Shown: positions 48,701-62,307 of the stretch, piece after piece
Position numbering within the stretch: position 1 is the first letter of the stretch
Layout: each line of letters begins with the position of its first letter
Origin: Azolla caroliniana
Lineage: Eukaryota; Plantae; Polypodiophyta
Reading direction: 5' to 3'
Assembly: GCA_043228905.1 (NCBI GenBank)
Contig: JBHGNT010000006.1
Span: 18,352,001 to 18,416,000 of the forward strand
Length of the DNA: 64,000 bases
Made by a program: the position numbers and the translations under genes
The notes under the pieces: model-generated
Seen by the model: only the letters and a program-made list of their open reading frames with translations
Databases searched by the model: none
Told to the model about the DNA's origin: nothing

Positions 48701-51700
48701 GGAAGAAGAAGATGCCAGATTATGAAACTGATAATGATGAGTCGGATAAGAGCGGATCCGACTCTGGAAAGGAAAATGATGGTTCTTCGGCACCGAAGAC
48801 CGAACCGGCCAAGAAGGGCCTCAAACCGGGTAATGGCGGGTTACGCCGAGCAACCTGCCAGAAGGAACTTGTTAAGCGGTACGGGTACAATGAGTACATG
48901 GCGCATCACTATGCATACATGACCAAGGTGGCGGATGTGTGTGAGCTGGAGAGCTACGCAGAAGCGACAAAGGACGCACATTGGCGTGCCGCTATGGAAG
49001 AAGAGATGCGGACACTTGATGCCAACGAAACATGGGACCTGGTTGACCTTCCCTGTCACTGTAAACCGATCAGATGCAAGTGGGTGTACAAGGTAAAGTA
49101 CAACACCGACGGTTCAGTTAACCGGTACAAGGCCCGGTTAGTGGTGACGGGATACACACAGACCCACGGAATCGACTACGACGAGACCTTCGCTCTGGTA
49201 GCGAAGATGACGATGGTACGGGTAGTGCTAGCGGTTGCTGCGGCAAGGGAGTGGCATCTTCAACAGATGGACGTGAAGAATGCATTTCTTCAAGGCGATC
49301 TAGAAGAAGAGGTCCTTATGACCCAACTATTGGGGACAAGGCAGTTAATGCGGAAGTGCAAGCAACATTCGTGATGAAGAAGAACCTGTGTATGCGCGAG
49401 CAAGATAGACACAGAGGGAGAGAGAGAGAGGGAGGCACAAAGGAAACGTTATATTCCAATAGCAATAGTTACAAATGACAACCAACCTTTACTAAAGGTT
49501 ACAAAGTCACTTTATATAGTGACTATCCTAGGGCAACTTCCCTTTATGCTATTTACAGAAATAGCCCAAACTTGGGTTGTCCAAAGGGACAATATGAATA
49601 CGGCCATTATACACTCGTATTCGACACTCCCTCGTAATGGGTGTATACATGGGTTATCTAAAGATTTACAGGTATATATACAAGGTTTATCAGACAGATC
49701 GGTTTTGTCAGAGTCGGCAAGATCCGAAGATAGAGGACCGAACCGGTCGGGTCGGAAGAGCTGAAGCCGATCCTCAGAGAGCCAATGTCGGTGGTCCGAA
49801 ACCATCCTGTGCTGTGTGTCCGACTTTAATCAGACCAATTTTTTGTTACGCCCATCTGGTGCTGAAGGGACTGGAAATGATCCGCCGAAAGACACTTGGT
49901 CATTCCATCTACGACATTATCAGTTGTGGATATCTTCTCGAGACCAATTTTCCCTGAAATGATGCAGTCCTGAAAGAAGTGATATCGAACGTTGATATGC
50001 TTAGAGGCATTGTGGTGAACCGGATTTTTTGACAAAGCAACAACACCCTGACTGTCGCTGTAGACAACTGGAGCTGAGTCGGAGTCGACCTGTCGAAATG
50101 TGTGCGCCAGTCGACCGAGCCATAAAGCTTCTTTTGCCGCATTGGACATAACTACATATTCCGCTTCGGTCGTTGAGGTGGTTGTGCACTCTTGAAGTTT
50201 TGACTTCCACGAGATTGCTCCATTGCCGAATTTGAAACAGTATCCGGTTGTTGATTTCCGACTGTCCACATAGCCGGCGAAGTTTGAGTCGGTGTAACCG
50301 ACTAAGCCTGAGGTTGAGTTCGGGCCGAAAAGAATGCCGTGGTCTTTTGTGCCAGCTAGATATCTAAACACATGCTTGACTATGTTCCAGTGTGATCGGC
50401 TGGGGTTGTGCATGAATCTGCTGACAACTCCTACGTCGTGAGAAATATCAGGCCGTGTCGCGACCATCGCGTACATAAGGGAGCTGACTGCCGGTGCATA
50501 CGGTATCGACTTCATATCTTCCCCCTCCGAACCGGATGTCGGACAGTCTCGCTGAGACAGCCGAAGGTTAATGGGGAGCGGGGTCAAAGCAGACTTGGCT
50601 AATTGCATGTTGAAACGTTCTAAGACACGTTCGATGTAGTTGGTTTGAGACAAGAAAAGTTGTTGTGTATCACGATACCGACTAATCTTCATACCAAGTA
50701 TGTGTCTTGCCGGATGGAGGTCCTTCATGGCAAACTTCAACCGCAGTTGTCGAACGAGTTCGGTGAGCTCTCCGGCATGCCGACCGGAGAGTAGCATGCC
50801 GTCCACGTAGATGATGAGGAAGACGAGAGACCCGTCTTGAGCTGTTTTGGTGAACAGACAGTGGTCCTCATCGCTCCTTGAGAAGCCGACCGATTGGATG
50901 AAGTCGTCGAACTTCTTGTACCACTGTCGGGGTGCCTGTTTCAGGCCGTAGAGACTCTTCTTGAGTCGGCAGACTAGATGTTCCTGGCCAGATGCCTCAA
51001 AGCCTTTTGGCTGCTGCATATAGATTTCCTCTTGTAGGTCACTGTGGAGGAATGCCGTTTTTACATCTAGTTGAATCAACTCCAAGTTGTAGGCGGCCAC
51101 AACGCCGAGCATGAAACGAAGGGTCGTCATTTTCACCACCGGTGAAAAGATTTCGTCGAAGTCGACGCCATATTCTTGTCGAAATCCCTTCGCAACTAAT
51201 CTGGCCATGTACTTTGGGGTGGTCGAGTTTGACGTCTCTTTTAGTCGATAGACCCACTTACACGGAAGAGCACGTCGATTCTTCGGTAATTTGACCAAGT
51301 CCCAAGTCTTGTTTGCCTGAATAGAGTGCATTTCCGACTCCATCGCCAGATGCCATGTGGCTGAATCGGCAGATGCCGATGCTTCTTCGTAAGACGTCGG
51401 TTCGTCGATGTTGGTAAAGAAAATTCTGGGAGAGTACCTCTCCGGAGGTTGCGACAGTCTCTTGGATCTGCGAGGTATGACTGGACTAGTCGCACCGGGT
51501 GTCGATGTCGGATGGTCGGGAGCCGAGCCATTCGGTTGTGCCGAATCGGTGGATTCGGTGCGAGAGTTGTTGGTTACCTATGAAACCGATCTCGTGTTGT
51601 GGGTTGGGCCGTCATAAAGGGTTGGCACTTCGGAAAACATTACCCTTCGGACTTCAATAGGCCTTTCAGCCATTTTATGCATACTTGACTCGTTGAACAC

Positions 51701-54700
51701 GATGTCCGAACTTCGGACGATTTGTCTGTGCTCGGGGTCCCAGAGTCAGTATTCGATCTCGCCGTCGGGTCCATATCCAAGAAAAATACATTTCCTTGAC
51801 CTTGGTTCGAGTTTCCGGCGGTCGTCTTTCGGTATGAGAGCATACACCTCGCAACCGAAGATCCTCAGTTTGTCATAATTCGGCTTACCGCCGGTCCATA
51901 TTTCCTGAGGTATTTGAAGTCCTAGAGGTCTACTTGGCGACATATTTATTATGTGTACTGCCGTAAGTAGAGCCTCTGCCCAGAAGCCATTCGACAATAC
52001 GGAGTGTTGGAGCATGGATATTACATGTTTTTGAATCGTCCGATTCATGCGTTCAGCAATTCCGTTCTGCTCCGGACTATAGGGTGCCGTATATCACGTC
52101 GAATGCTACGTTTCCGACAGAATTTGACGAATTCTTCAGACTTGAATTCCCCGCCATTGTCGGTTCGGAGACATTTCAGTTTCCGACCGGTCTGATTTTC
52201 GACCATTGCAAGCCATTCGGAGAAGATTGAGAACACCCAATCTTTGGTTCTGAGGGGGTAAGCCCACACCTTCCGAGTCGAGTCATCAATAAAATCGATG
52301 AAGTACGAAGCACCACCGAGAGACTGATGTGGCATCGGGACATAGACTTCTGAGTGGACCAAATTGAGGGGACTCGATTCTCTTGGTGCTGATGTCGGGT
52401 GTGATGTGGCTACATGTTTGCCGTACTGGCAATGCTCGTAGAATTGGTGATCCGAGAAGGAGAGTTTGGGGATGTAACCGGCTCTGGATAGGTGCGTTAT
52501 GCCGGCCTTGCTGAAGTGTCCAAGTCGTTCGTGCCATAACGATGACACGAGGATATCAACCAAAAATAAGTCACCCTCTTTGAGTGTGACATATAAAGGA
52601 TACAAGGAATGTACCTTTGGTCCTCGAGCAAGCAGGAGGTTCCCTTTGTGGAGTGTCCACCCTCCTGATGAGAATCCGGCATGGATGCCGGCTTCGTCAA
52701 GTTGTCCGACTGAGATCAAGGGTCTTGAAAGCTCAGGAACGTGTCAGACGTTGTGTAGTACGAGTGTAGAGCCTCCTAGAAGATTGAGCTCTACGGTGCC
52801 GATTCTGATTATAGCATAGTGCTGCGAGTTTCCGACTTGAACTGAGTCGGAGTGCCGGTCCGAGTATTGCCGAAACTGATATCGGTGAGGTGTCACATGA
52901 TACAATGCGCCCGAGTCCAGGAGCCATGTGCTCGATTCCTTAGTTGTAAACCGAACTTCTGATTCGACTGGGATCTCTATGGACAGTATGTTCGGGTCGG
53001 TCGTCAAAATTTCGGCTGAAGAGCCGACGTAGTTGACCTCCTCATGCCGGCTACTCTTCTGATCTACTCTCTGAGTTTTGTCGGTTTTTTCTTTGAGTGC
53101 CCGGCTGTTGGCTTTGATGTGTCCCAGTTTCTTGCAGTAGTTGCAGATTCGGTTGTCCCGGGACTTGCTCCGGCTTCGCTGATTGTTTGGCGGTCGGGAA
53201 GAACTTCTTCCCCGGTTGTTCGATCGGTCGGTCGAACCTTGTACTACGTAAGCTTCATCTGCCGAGTCTTTGGCGAAAGACTTTCTCCGAGCTGCTTCAG
53301 TCAGGATTGCGCTCGTGACTTCGGAGTACTTAACGACAACTGTTGAAGCATTGCACACGGTTGTAACGAAAGTTTCCCATGAAGAGGGGAGACTACTCAT
53401 GAGTATCATTGCTCTGAGTTCATCCTCAATTGCCGTCCCTTGAGACGAGATTTGGGAGCTTATGCTTTCGTACTCATTGAGGTGTGCCTGAACCGAATCA
53501 GATTCTTTTATCCGCAAGTTATAGAGGCGCCGGATCAGATACATCTTCGTTGCGGCTACCTTCTTTTCATAAGTTTCCAACAGTGTTTTCCAAAGTTCAA
53601 ACGCTGTCGTGCATGATTGCACTGTGAAGTACACTGACTCCAACAAGTGCATCCAAATCGTGGCGCAGACGATTCTGTCCAACTTTAGCCACTCATTTTC
53701 CTTGTATGCTTATGGAGGATTTTCATTCTCAATTGGGTCTATCTGACCCTTGACTATGAGATAGTCCTGCATTTGTTCCTTCCAGAAGTTGAAGTTCGAA
53801 CTGTCGAACCTCCTTAGACTCATCTTCGATGAGCTGGATGTTGATACCATCTGCTTCGGTTTCGGTTGGTAAGACTCGGTTCAGAGTTGACTACGAACCT
53901 TAGTGGGGTGCAACCGGTCGGCTCACCTGATATCGTTCTAGTCGGTTTTGAACCCGAGTTGGTTTGGTTTCGGATACTTGTTGCTGAACTTGCTCGGAGT
54001 GACTCTGGTAACTTGAGGGACAGAACCGGCTAGTTTTCACGAATGTTGCCGAGTCGGAGTGTGCCCGGTTAGCTTCCGATTGTATGCCGAATACCGATTA
54101 CGCGAAATCGATTGTTTGGGCCGATTTTGCTTCAAATGGCTGCAGCAATGAGAGGGACGGATCCAATTCATCCTCCCGAATGTTGATCAGCCGAGTGAAG
54201 CACAAAGTGGTTGTTGCCAAGAGACCAATTTGCAGCGGTTGGTTACAACAAGCGGGTGAATAGCGTCCAGTGACCTATTCGGATGTTGTTTAACCGAATG
54301 AAGCACGATTGGGTCGGTTGTTGCTCAAGGAGCTCCCCTCAAGTGGTTACAATCACAGGAACAAAGTACAACAGACTGGCTTACTCTAATTTGTGATTTA
54401 ACACAGTGAGATGCAAGCTTTTTGTTTTTCTTCTCCCTTCTCTGTTCTTTAAAGAAAACGAAAACATAATGTTGTGTTGTGCGATGACGGATGACAACGG
54501 GTTGAAGAACCTCCAACGCTCTGATACCAAATGTTGGGGACAAGGCCGTCAATGCGGAAGTGCAAGCAACATTCGTGATGACGAAGAACCTCTGTATGTG
54601 TGAGCAAGATAGACACACAGCGAGAGAGAGGGAGAGAGGCACAAAGGAAACGTTATATTCCAATAGCAATAGTTATAAATGACAACCAACCTTTACTAAA

Positions 54701-56964
54701 GGTTACATAGTCACTTTATATAATGACTATCCTAGGGCAACTGCCCTTTATGCTATTTACAGAAATAGCCCGAACTTGGGCTATCCAAAGGAATAATGTG
54801 AATACGGCCATTATACACTCGTATTCGACACCAACCTCCCGGTTTTCAGTCGGAAATGAACAAGTCGGCTGTATGCCGGCTGTAGAAGTCACTTTATGGC
54901 CTGAAGCAAGCCCCCCGAGCTTGGAATGCAAAGATTACGCACCGGTTGCGTAAGTTGGGGTTTGTGGCCTCCAAGTCTGACTCTTCGTTGTTCATCCGCA
55001 AGGTTCGGACGGTCCGGTATGCATCTTGTTGTATGTTGATGATCTAGTCATCACCGGACCCAGACTTGATGAAATCAGCCGAGTCAAGTCCCAACTATCG
55101 GATGCATTTGAGATGAAGGACCTGGGGGACCTTCATTACTTCCTTGGGATCGAGGTGATCCGAATTCCCGGTGGCATATTTCTCTCACAGAGACACTATG
55201 TGTTGAATATGATGTACAAGTTCGGCATGACGGAATGCCGCCCTATTTCTACACCCTTGGACCGGAAACAGAAGCTCTGTCCCAACTTTGGACCGGCCTG
55301 TGATTAGAAACGGTTCCGACAAATTTTTGGAAGCCTTATATATTTGACCATCAACGGACCCGACATTAGCTACCCGGTCAGTGTGATTAGCCAATTCATG
55401 TAGAAGCCAAACGTAGAGCATCTTCAGTGTGCGCACCGAATACTGCAGTATGTGAGCGGCACGAAGGACCGAGGACTGTTATACCGGCGAGGTATAACCG
55501 AGGAGCTCGTTGGTTACACAGATGCCGACTGGGCCGGCGATGCATCAGATCGCCGATCAACCTCCGGTTATATGTTTTCCCTAGGTAGCGTGGCTGTTGT
55601 GTGGAGCAGCAAAAAGCAGCCAACAGTGGCTCTGTCGAGCATTGAGGCTGAGTATCGGGGCGCTACCATCGCCACCTGTGAAGCCATTTGGTTTTGGCGA
55701 TTGTTGCAAGACCTGCGGATCGAGGTGCCGACCCCGATCCTAATCTACTACGACAACATAAGCAACATGCAGCTTGCCAAGAACCCCGTATTCCATGCTC
55801 TCACAAAGCACATCGAAGTGCACTACCACTTCGTGCGTGAGCGTGTCCTGAGCAGTGAAGTTGAACTTCGGTATGTTCATACGGATCGGCAAGTTGCCGA
55901 CATCTTCACAAAACCGCTCGGATCGGACAAGTTGCAACACTTCACCGAAATGCTTGGTGTTCAGCATCTCGACGTGCCACACTTGAGGGGGAGAATGGGC
56001 AAAGACACCACCGGAACGGGCAAAGGCAAAGAGATTGCCGATTGCGCCAGTGAGGGAAGAACCGACAAGGGGAGAGATAGGAAGAAGAAAGGAGCTGAGT
56101 CGACAAAGGAAGTTGACACATCCGAACAAGCGGCAACGGAGGCAGAGTCAGGAAGGACAGAGCTGACCGAAAGAAGAAGGTCAAGACTCGGACATGGTCC
56201 GATGTGGTGAAGGGCCTAGAACCAGAAGACGAATCGGGAGCAACCGATTCGGAAAAGAGCTGGAACGAATCGGAGATAGCCGATTCGGTTCTATAGAAGG
56301 ATTTGGAAGAACCAGATCAATTCAAGGCCAAGAGGACGAGATGATAGCAAAAGTCGACGCCAACACAAAGGAATCGACGGGTCGACAAGCGCCAAAGTCA
56401 CAAGTTCAGTGAGGGAGCTAATTTGGGCATGTTGAGCAGACAAGCAAACCAAGGAGGTCAAGATGCAGAGAAACAGAAGGGTCGCGGCAAACGGGACCGG
56501 ACCGGATGAGCAGCGCGAGCAAGGTAGAGTGACGCCAGAGGGAGCCGGGTGGATGGACCGGTTGCCATGGAGATTGACACTACGATCTGACCTCAAGTTG
56601 AGCTTGAGGGGAAGTGTTGAGCTGCAAGCTCAATCGGATCCGGATCGGTGAACCGGTGAGCTGGGGAGCCGGTTGGCTGGATCGAGCAGTAATCGGAAGC
56701 CAAGTAGCAGCTAGTCTACTAGGGAGTTAATATCTCGTAGTTAAGTGTCAGACGCTCGTGTGAGCATTGAAGTACACCGTACTTTTGTTAGTCCGGATGG
56801 ACTTGTATAAAAGTGTTCATTGAACACATACGATATACAGACTGAGTAGTATTTTTGAATTGAGTTTCTGTGTGCTCTCTCTCTGTCTCTCCCGCGTACT
56901 GTTAAGCTCTCCATCAAACCTATTTTCTGTTTTCTATTGCTTCCACATGCTATTTGTTTCTACA
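45713..56964 (+). mobile_element. C6: full-length Ty1/Copia (C1 family) hosting C7
   Basis: LTRs 45713-46084 and 56615-56964, TSD CCCCT, PBS TGGTATTAGAG, PPT GAGGGGAAG; gag from 46178, PR 'WYVDSGASNHM', IN, RT split at MTQ|PPGF, 'LYVDD', RNase H 55452-56210. Confidence 0.95.
49328..54830 (-). mobile_element. C7: full-length Ty1/Copia with 299-bp LTRs
   Basis: LTRs 49328-49626 and 54532-54830, TSD CCAAC, PBS-Met 54518-54529; gag-PR 52744-53682, IN 51746-52719, RT-RH 49826-51343 (catalytic YVDD reads YVDG). Confidence 0.95.
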
Positions 56965-59726
56965 CCCCTCAAGCTCAACTTGAGGTTCCATATGCTTTTC
57001 CAGATCTTCGCTCCGGTTTCTCCTTGCTTCACACCTTGCTCGCGCTCCTCGACCCGTCCAATTCCGCACGCTTCGACCCTTCCAGTCGGCTTGTCTGCTC
57101 ATGCGGCCTTTCTCAGCTACCTTGCTATCGGAGTGTTCGTGCCTCTTTCATTTCCCTTTTCTATGCTTGTCCCTCAGTTGATTTGGCGTACCCAAATCGA
57201 ACATTATGATTGAATCAAACATTTCTGATTCATTCCCACTTTCACCCGAATTGGCTGTCTCTAGTTTGTCTTTTGCCTTCCATCCCTTAACTATGTCCAA
57301 CCATGTCTTAGTCTTGGCCTTTACGCCTTTCGTGGCTTTGTTTCCCCTTTGTTCGGCTGTCTTCGGCTCTTCCTGGCGATTACAACCCCTATTTTCTTCT
57401 TTTGCTTCTTCAGCTGGCCCGAAATCGAATTCCTCATCCGATTCGGCATCGCGGATACTATCGCTCCTTTCACGCTCATGTTCTTGTTCCTGTCTCCCCC
57501 TCAAGTTCGGCGTGTCGAGGTGCCGCAAACCTAGCTCAACCGAGAAAAACCATAATTTGTCGAGACCAAGGGGCTTGGTGAAGATGTCTGCAATCTACCG
57601 ACCCGTCGGAACATACGCTAGTTCAACTTCACCAGAAAGGCCATGCTCATAAACAAACTGCTAGTGCACCTCAATGTGCTTGGTCCGACCGTGGAATACA
57701 GGGTTTTTCGCAAGGTGGATGCTGCTGAGGTTGTTGTAGTAGATCGTTGTTGGATCGGACACCTCTACGTGCAGATACCATAATAGCCGTTTCAGCCAAA
57801 TGACTTCGCACGTAGCGATAGTCGCCCCTCGATATTCGGCCTTTGTACTCGACAGTGCTACTGTCGGTTGCTTCTTACTGCTCCACGTGATCGCCGCACT
57901 TCCCAATGAGAATGCGTATCCGGATGTGGATCTACGATCGTGGGCATTTCCGGCCCAATCGACATCCGTGGAGCTGACTAATTGCTCGACTACATTTGCA
58001 TGATACAACAACGCCATGTCTTTCATGCCGCTGACATATCGTAATATCCTTTGCGTTATCAAGAAGTTTCGCGCGTGCGTGTAGAAGGGCGGGACCACGG
58101 GGGTCTTGGACTAGGGAGTGACGGAGCGTAGGAACTCGTGACACACCATTTCCGAGACGTCGGAAACAACCCAAAAGGAGGGAGAGAAGAACATGCGCGC
58201 ACCCCTGGCCGACACACGCACACACACAGTGCCGACCCCACTCACGCTCATGTATAGAAACAGAAGTAAGGAAACACTAAAACACCCACGCATACACCAA
58301 AAACGCAGAATCTTCCATAAGTATATTTACAAGAAGCAAGATACAACAGTCGTCTACTGCCAAACCGCCGGTCGGGGAGCTCACGGGCTCGTCGTGCCGA
58401 GCGGGGTCTTGCACATCAGACAGGGCAAATACCGAACCTGAAGGTATCAAGCTAGACCCATAGAGTGACGAAGAAGAAACAGAGGAGGAGAAGAATAAGA
58501 AACCCTAAAACAAGAGAGAGAGAGGAAGAGAGAACGTCTCTCCATCTAACGGTATACCCTACTAATACAAAATGGGCAACCCCCTCGAAGAGGGGCGCTC
58601 CCTTCCTTTTATAGAACAAGGGGAGGGATGCGTTACAATGTGGGATAAAATTTCCCCTCTTATTTCTGTACACCATTTCCTAGTATACATGTGCACATGG
58701 TGCACACCACCGATTTGCCTATTCCACCCCGGTTTCCGCTTATGGACGAAAATCTTCACGACATCCGCCCCCACCAAACCGCACGTCCACCGGTACGTGC
58801 CAAATCCGGTGAAGGGTGAGAGATTTCGGTCAGTGAGAAACCCGGTCTTCCGTAATCCGCATCCCGGCTCGCTGCCGGTTTGAATCGTCGGCTTTGGTTC
58901 TTCCTTCGCACTTACCTCCCCGTAGGCTTGTTCGACCCGTCGATGGGTCCTTCGCCGTGATCTCCGTAGTACGCGTCCTTCTGCTGGCCCTTGTTCGGCT
59001 GTATGCACGCTCTGCTCTCCGTCGTACGCCTGATGTCCTTCGCTTGAGGAATGCTCGTAGTGGCCCGCCTGGCCTCCATCGACCATTCCCGTGGTCCTGA
59101 TTGTCGTCCCGCGTTGTTTTTCACTTCCTTCGTCCCCTCACCGCCACCTTCCTTCTCCTTGGTCTTACGTCACCTCATCGGCTCGGACCGCCAAGGCCTT
59201 CGGAATGGTGTGGAGGTTCCTTCTCCGGTCTTCTACGCACAACCTCCGAACCGGGCGACTCAATCTTCGCGCTCGCCTTTCCACTCCGGGCCCTCCATGT
59301 GCCGTCTTCCGCTTCCTTCGTTCGGCACCGCCCATGCCGAACACCGTCCCGTGGTCACGCTTCGATCCAGCCCACGATGGCCACTTGCGAGACTCTTGTT
59401 CCGCCCCAGGCGTGCCTTTCCGGCCCAACACACCTCCCCGTGTTTTCCCCTACCGGCTCCTTCTGAAACCGTAACCGTTCGGTAAGGGTTTCGCACTTCG
59501 TCCGCCCCGTCTTACCGACCTTTGTCGATGCCGGGTCCCGTTCCTTGCCGCCACCTTCCTTCTCCCTCGGTCTTATGTTGCCACGTTGGCCGAACAGCCG
59601 GAGTCTCCGAAACTGGTGTGAAGATCCCATAGGACCAGTCTTCGTTTCGTTGCTAGCCGAAATTCGGGTCTTTTGTTCGAGTCCCTCTCGGACTCTCCTC
59701 GTGGCTTCCGTGTAGTCGGGTCCCGT

Positions 59727-60502
59727 TGTTGTGAAGAATTTTGGCCAGAGGCGGAAACCGAGAAACATTGGCTACATCGGCGGGGTGCAGCGTGTGTACG
59801 CACCCATGTACATTTAGTGTGAATAACGAGGGCGCCTTTATGGCACCGAAGAGTAGTCAAGTTGGGACAGACGATCCCATGTAAGTCAGGATTTATCCCA
59901 CATTGTAACGCATCCCTCTCCTTGTTCTATGAAAGGAAGGGAACGCCCTTTGTGAAAGGGTTGCCCATTTTGCGTTAGAGGGTATACCGTTAGATTTAGG
60001 GTTAGTTACGCTTCTTCTTCTTTTTCTTCCCCCTTCGTGTTTTGCCTAGGGTTTGCTTTGGCTCGGCCTCCTGTGCAAGACCCCGCTCGGCGCGACGAGC
60101 CGAGAGCTCCCCGACGGCGGCTTGACAGCAGACGATTGGTGTAACCTACCTTGGCCCGGCTTGAAGCCGGGAATGTATGTATTCTTCTTTTTGTATATAT
60201 ATATACGTTGCGTCTATCTGTGTATATTCGGGTCTTTGTTGGTGTCGGGTGCTTCCCCTTTCCCCCGTTTCATGTACATAAGGGCGTGAGTCGGGTCGGC
60301 ATGTGTGTGTGTGTGCGTACGTGTGCGTGAGTCGGTGTTAAGCGCACGCTCCCTCTCTTTCTCTCTCTCCCTTCGGTCGTTTCCGGTGTTCTTCTGGGAT
60401 TCCCCGGAAACGGTGAAGCACGACTTCCTACGCTCCGTCACTCCCTAGTCCAAGACCCTCGTGGTCCCGCCTTTCTCCACGCACGCGCGTAACGACGCGA
60501 TA
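59727..60502 (+). mobile_element. G6: solo LTR of the G2/G5 family with 4-bp TSD CCGT
   Basis: TGTTGTGAAG...CACGCACGCGCGTAACGACGCGATA; reverse-similar to 58057-58763; CCGT at 59723-59726 and 60503-60506. Confidence 0.88.
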
Positions 60503-62307
60503 CCGTTTCCTGCCGCCATCAGCCTTCTCTCAAGGTCTCACGTTGCCACGCTAGTTGAACTGCCGGAGTCTCCGGTCTGGTGTGGGGATCCCGTAGGACC
60601 GGACTTCCTTATGCCCGTGACCTTGCCGGTAGGTCCAATTCGGTTAGTAGCCGCTTCGCCGGCCTAATACCTTCTTTTTCTGCTTTCGTCGTCCGATCAC
60701 ATTAACCTGCCGCCATCGACCTCTCCTATAGGACTCATGCCGGCACTCGGGCCGATCGCCAGATCAATGTGAGGATCTTCGCAAACCTCCCCTCCGCAAT
60801 CCTTCGCCTTCATCCCCTTTCCGCCACCGATCACCACTCTAGGTCTCACGCTGGCTCTTGGGCTGACCGCCGGAGTCTCTGGAACCGGTGTGAAGGGTCC
60901 TTCTTGGGCTCATCATACTTCGCCGTTTCCGCCCTTATCCCCTCGCCGCCACCGTCAGTATCTTGGTCTTACGTCGACCGTGTTGCCGACTGCCGAAGTC
61001 TCTAGATCTGGTGTGAAGGTGCCTCCTTGGGCTCCTCGTATCCCTGACCCTTCTCCCGGGTCTTACTTCCTTCGCAAGCCGAGAGGGTGGCTCGCTCCAC
61101 ACCCTCTCCTGTGGTACCGACGCACCGTGTTCTCGGCCTCTTCGTAGGGCTGCTCTCTTCCTCCCTCCCGGAATGGTTATCCGGTAGTCCACTCCGCCCG
61201 GTTCTCGTTCGGGTTCGTTCGTCTATCTCCGGATTGCCGGGTCCCGTTCTCCTGTCGCCACCGACCTCTCCTACAGGACCCATGCCGGCACTCGGGCCGA
61301 CAGCCGGATCGGTGTGAAGATCTCATGGGACCGGTCTTTGTTCTCCTCTTTGCGTTCTTGCCTCAATCTTCCATCTCTTTCGGTCTTACGTTGCCACGTC
61401 GGCCGAACAACCGCAGTCTCCGGATAGGATGTGGCGTAACCGATTTCACAATGTCTTTTCGCGACTCGTCCGGGCCACCGGCCCTTTTAGTGGTGTCGGT
61501 GGATAGCATCTGATCTGTGATCAATCAAGCCCCGCCTGGGCTTGATTCTCCAATGTCCGGAGTTTTGGGTCCGATGCCGACCTTGCCAGAATCGTTCCGA
61601 ACCTTTGATCACCTTCCTTCCAATTCCCGACCTTCGCCCAGTCGGTCTTTCTCCCCATGTAAAAGAGGGCGGCTCGTCCCGCAACCTCTCTCGTATCGGC
61701 ACCTTCATGCCGAATCCGGCCCCATTCGAACAATCCACAACGGGATTACGCTCCACCCGTATCGGAGTGTCGCACGGTTCGGTCCCCGGTCGGGTCATCC
61801 CTTGGTCTCTTCGTCGACCTTTTCGCGGGCCATCTCCCATCCATCTTCGCTGGCATCGTGCCAGGACTCCTCGATACTGTCATCCATCTCCTCGGTCTCA
61901 CTTGGGCTTAAGGGCCCGAACGCCGAGTTCTTCGGAATCGGGTTCGAGGGCTTTCGTCCGCTCCTTCCCCGTATCGTCTCGCCGGTGATTCTTGGTTTCT
62001 CGCGGGCGCATTCCTCCTCTTGGGACTCAAGTGGGCACTCGGGCCCGACTGCCGTTGTCTCGGGAGCAAGCATGGGAAGACTCAAGGAATTGCTCGTCCG
62101 TTTTACGCACTTGTCCGTAGCCACCGGCTCTTCGTGGTCAGCGGCCATTTCCTTACCGATTGCGCAAACCCCGTCTGGGCTTGCTTCTCCAATGACCGGG
62201 GTATCGGGCTGACACGCCCGACACCGCTGGTTCCAACGTTCCGATCCCGCGATCGGTATCTCGGCTTCGTCCTTGGCCGTTCTATCTCCGCAAGTTGAGA
62301 GGGCGTT

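Larger units (their letters stand above)
45298..58056 (-). mobile_element. C5: Copia 3' portion (3' LTR 45298-45704; PPT split by C6; RNase H at 57661-58056), cut at 58057 by G5
   Basis: CTCCCCCT (45705-45712) continues as CAAGCTCAACTTGAGG at 56970, as in C2; RNase H 'STDVDWAG...WSSKKQPTVALSSTKAEY...HGRTKHIEVH'. Confidence 0.88.

Noticed and set aside
58500-60005. Telomere-like AAACCCTA / TTTAGGG motifs
   Set aside because: Single copies inside LTRs, not an array.
58562-62300. Many overlapping 60-230-aa ORFs as genes or env-like ORFs
   Set aside because: No recognisable motifs or convincing membrane segments; expected by chance in GC-rich TE sequence.
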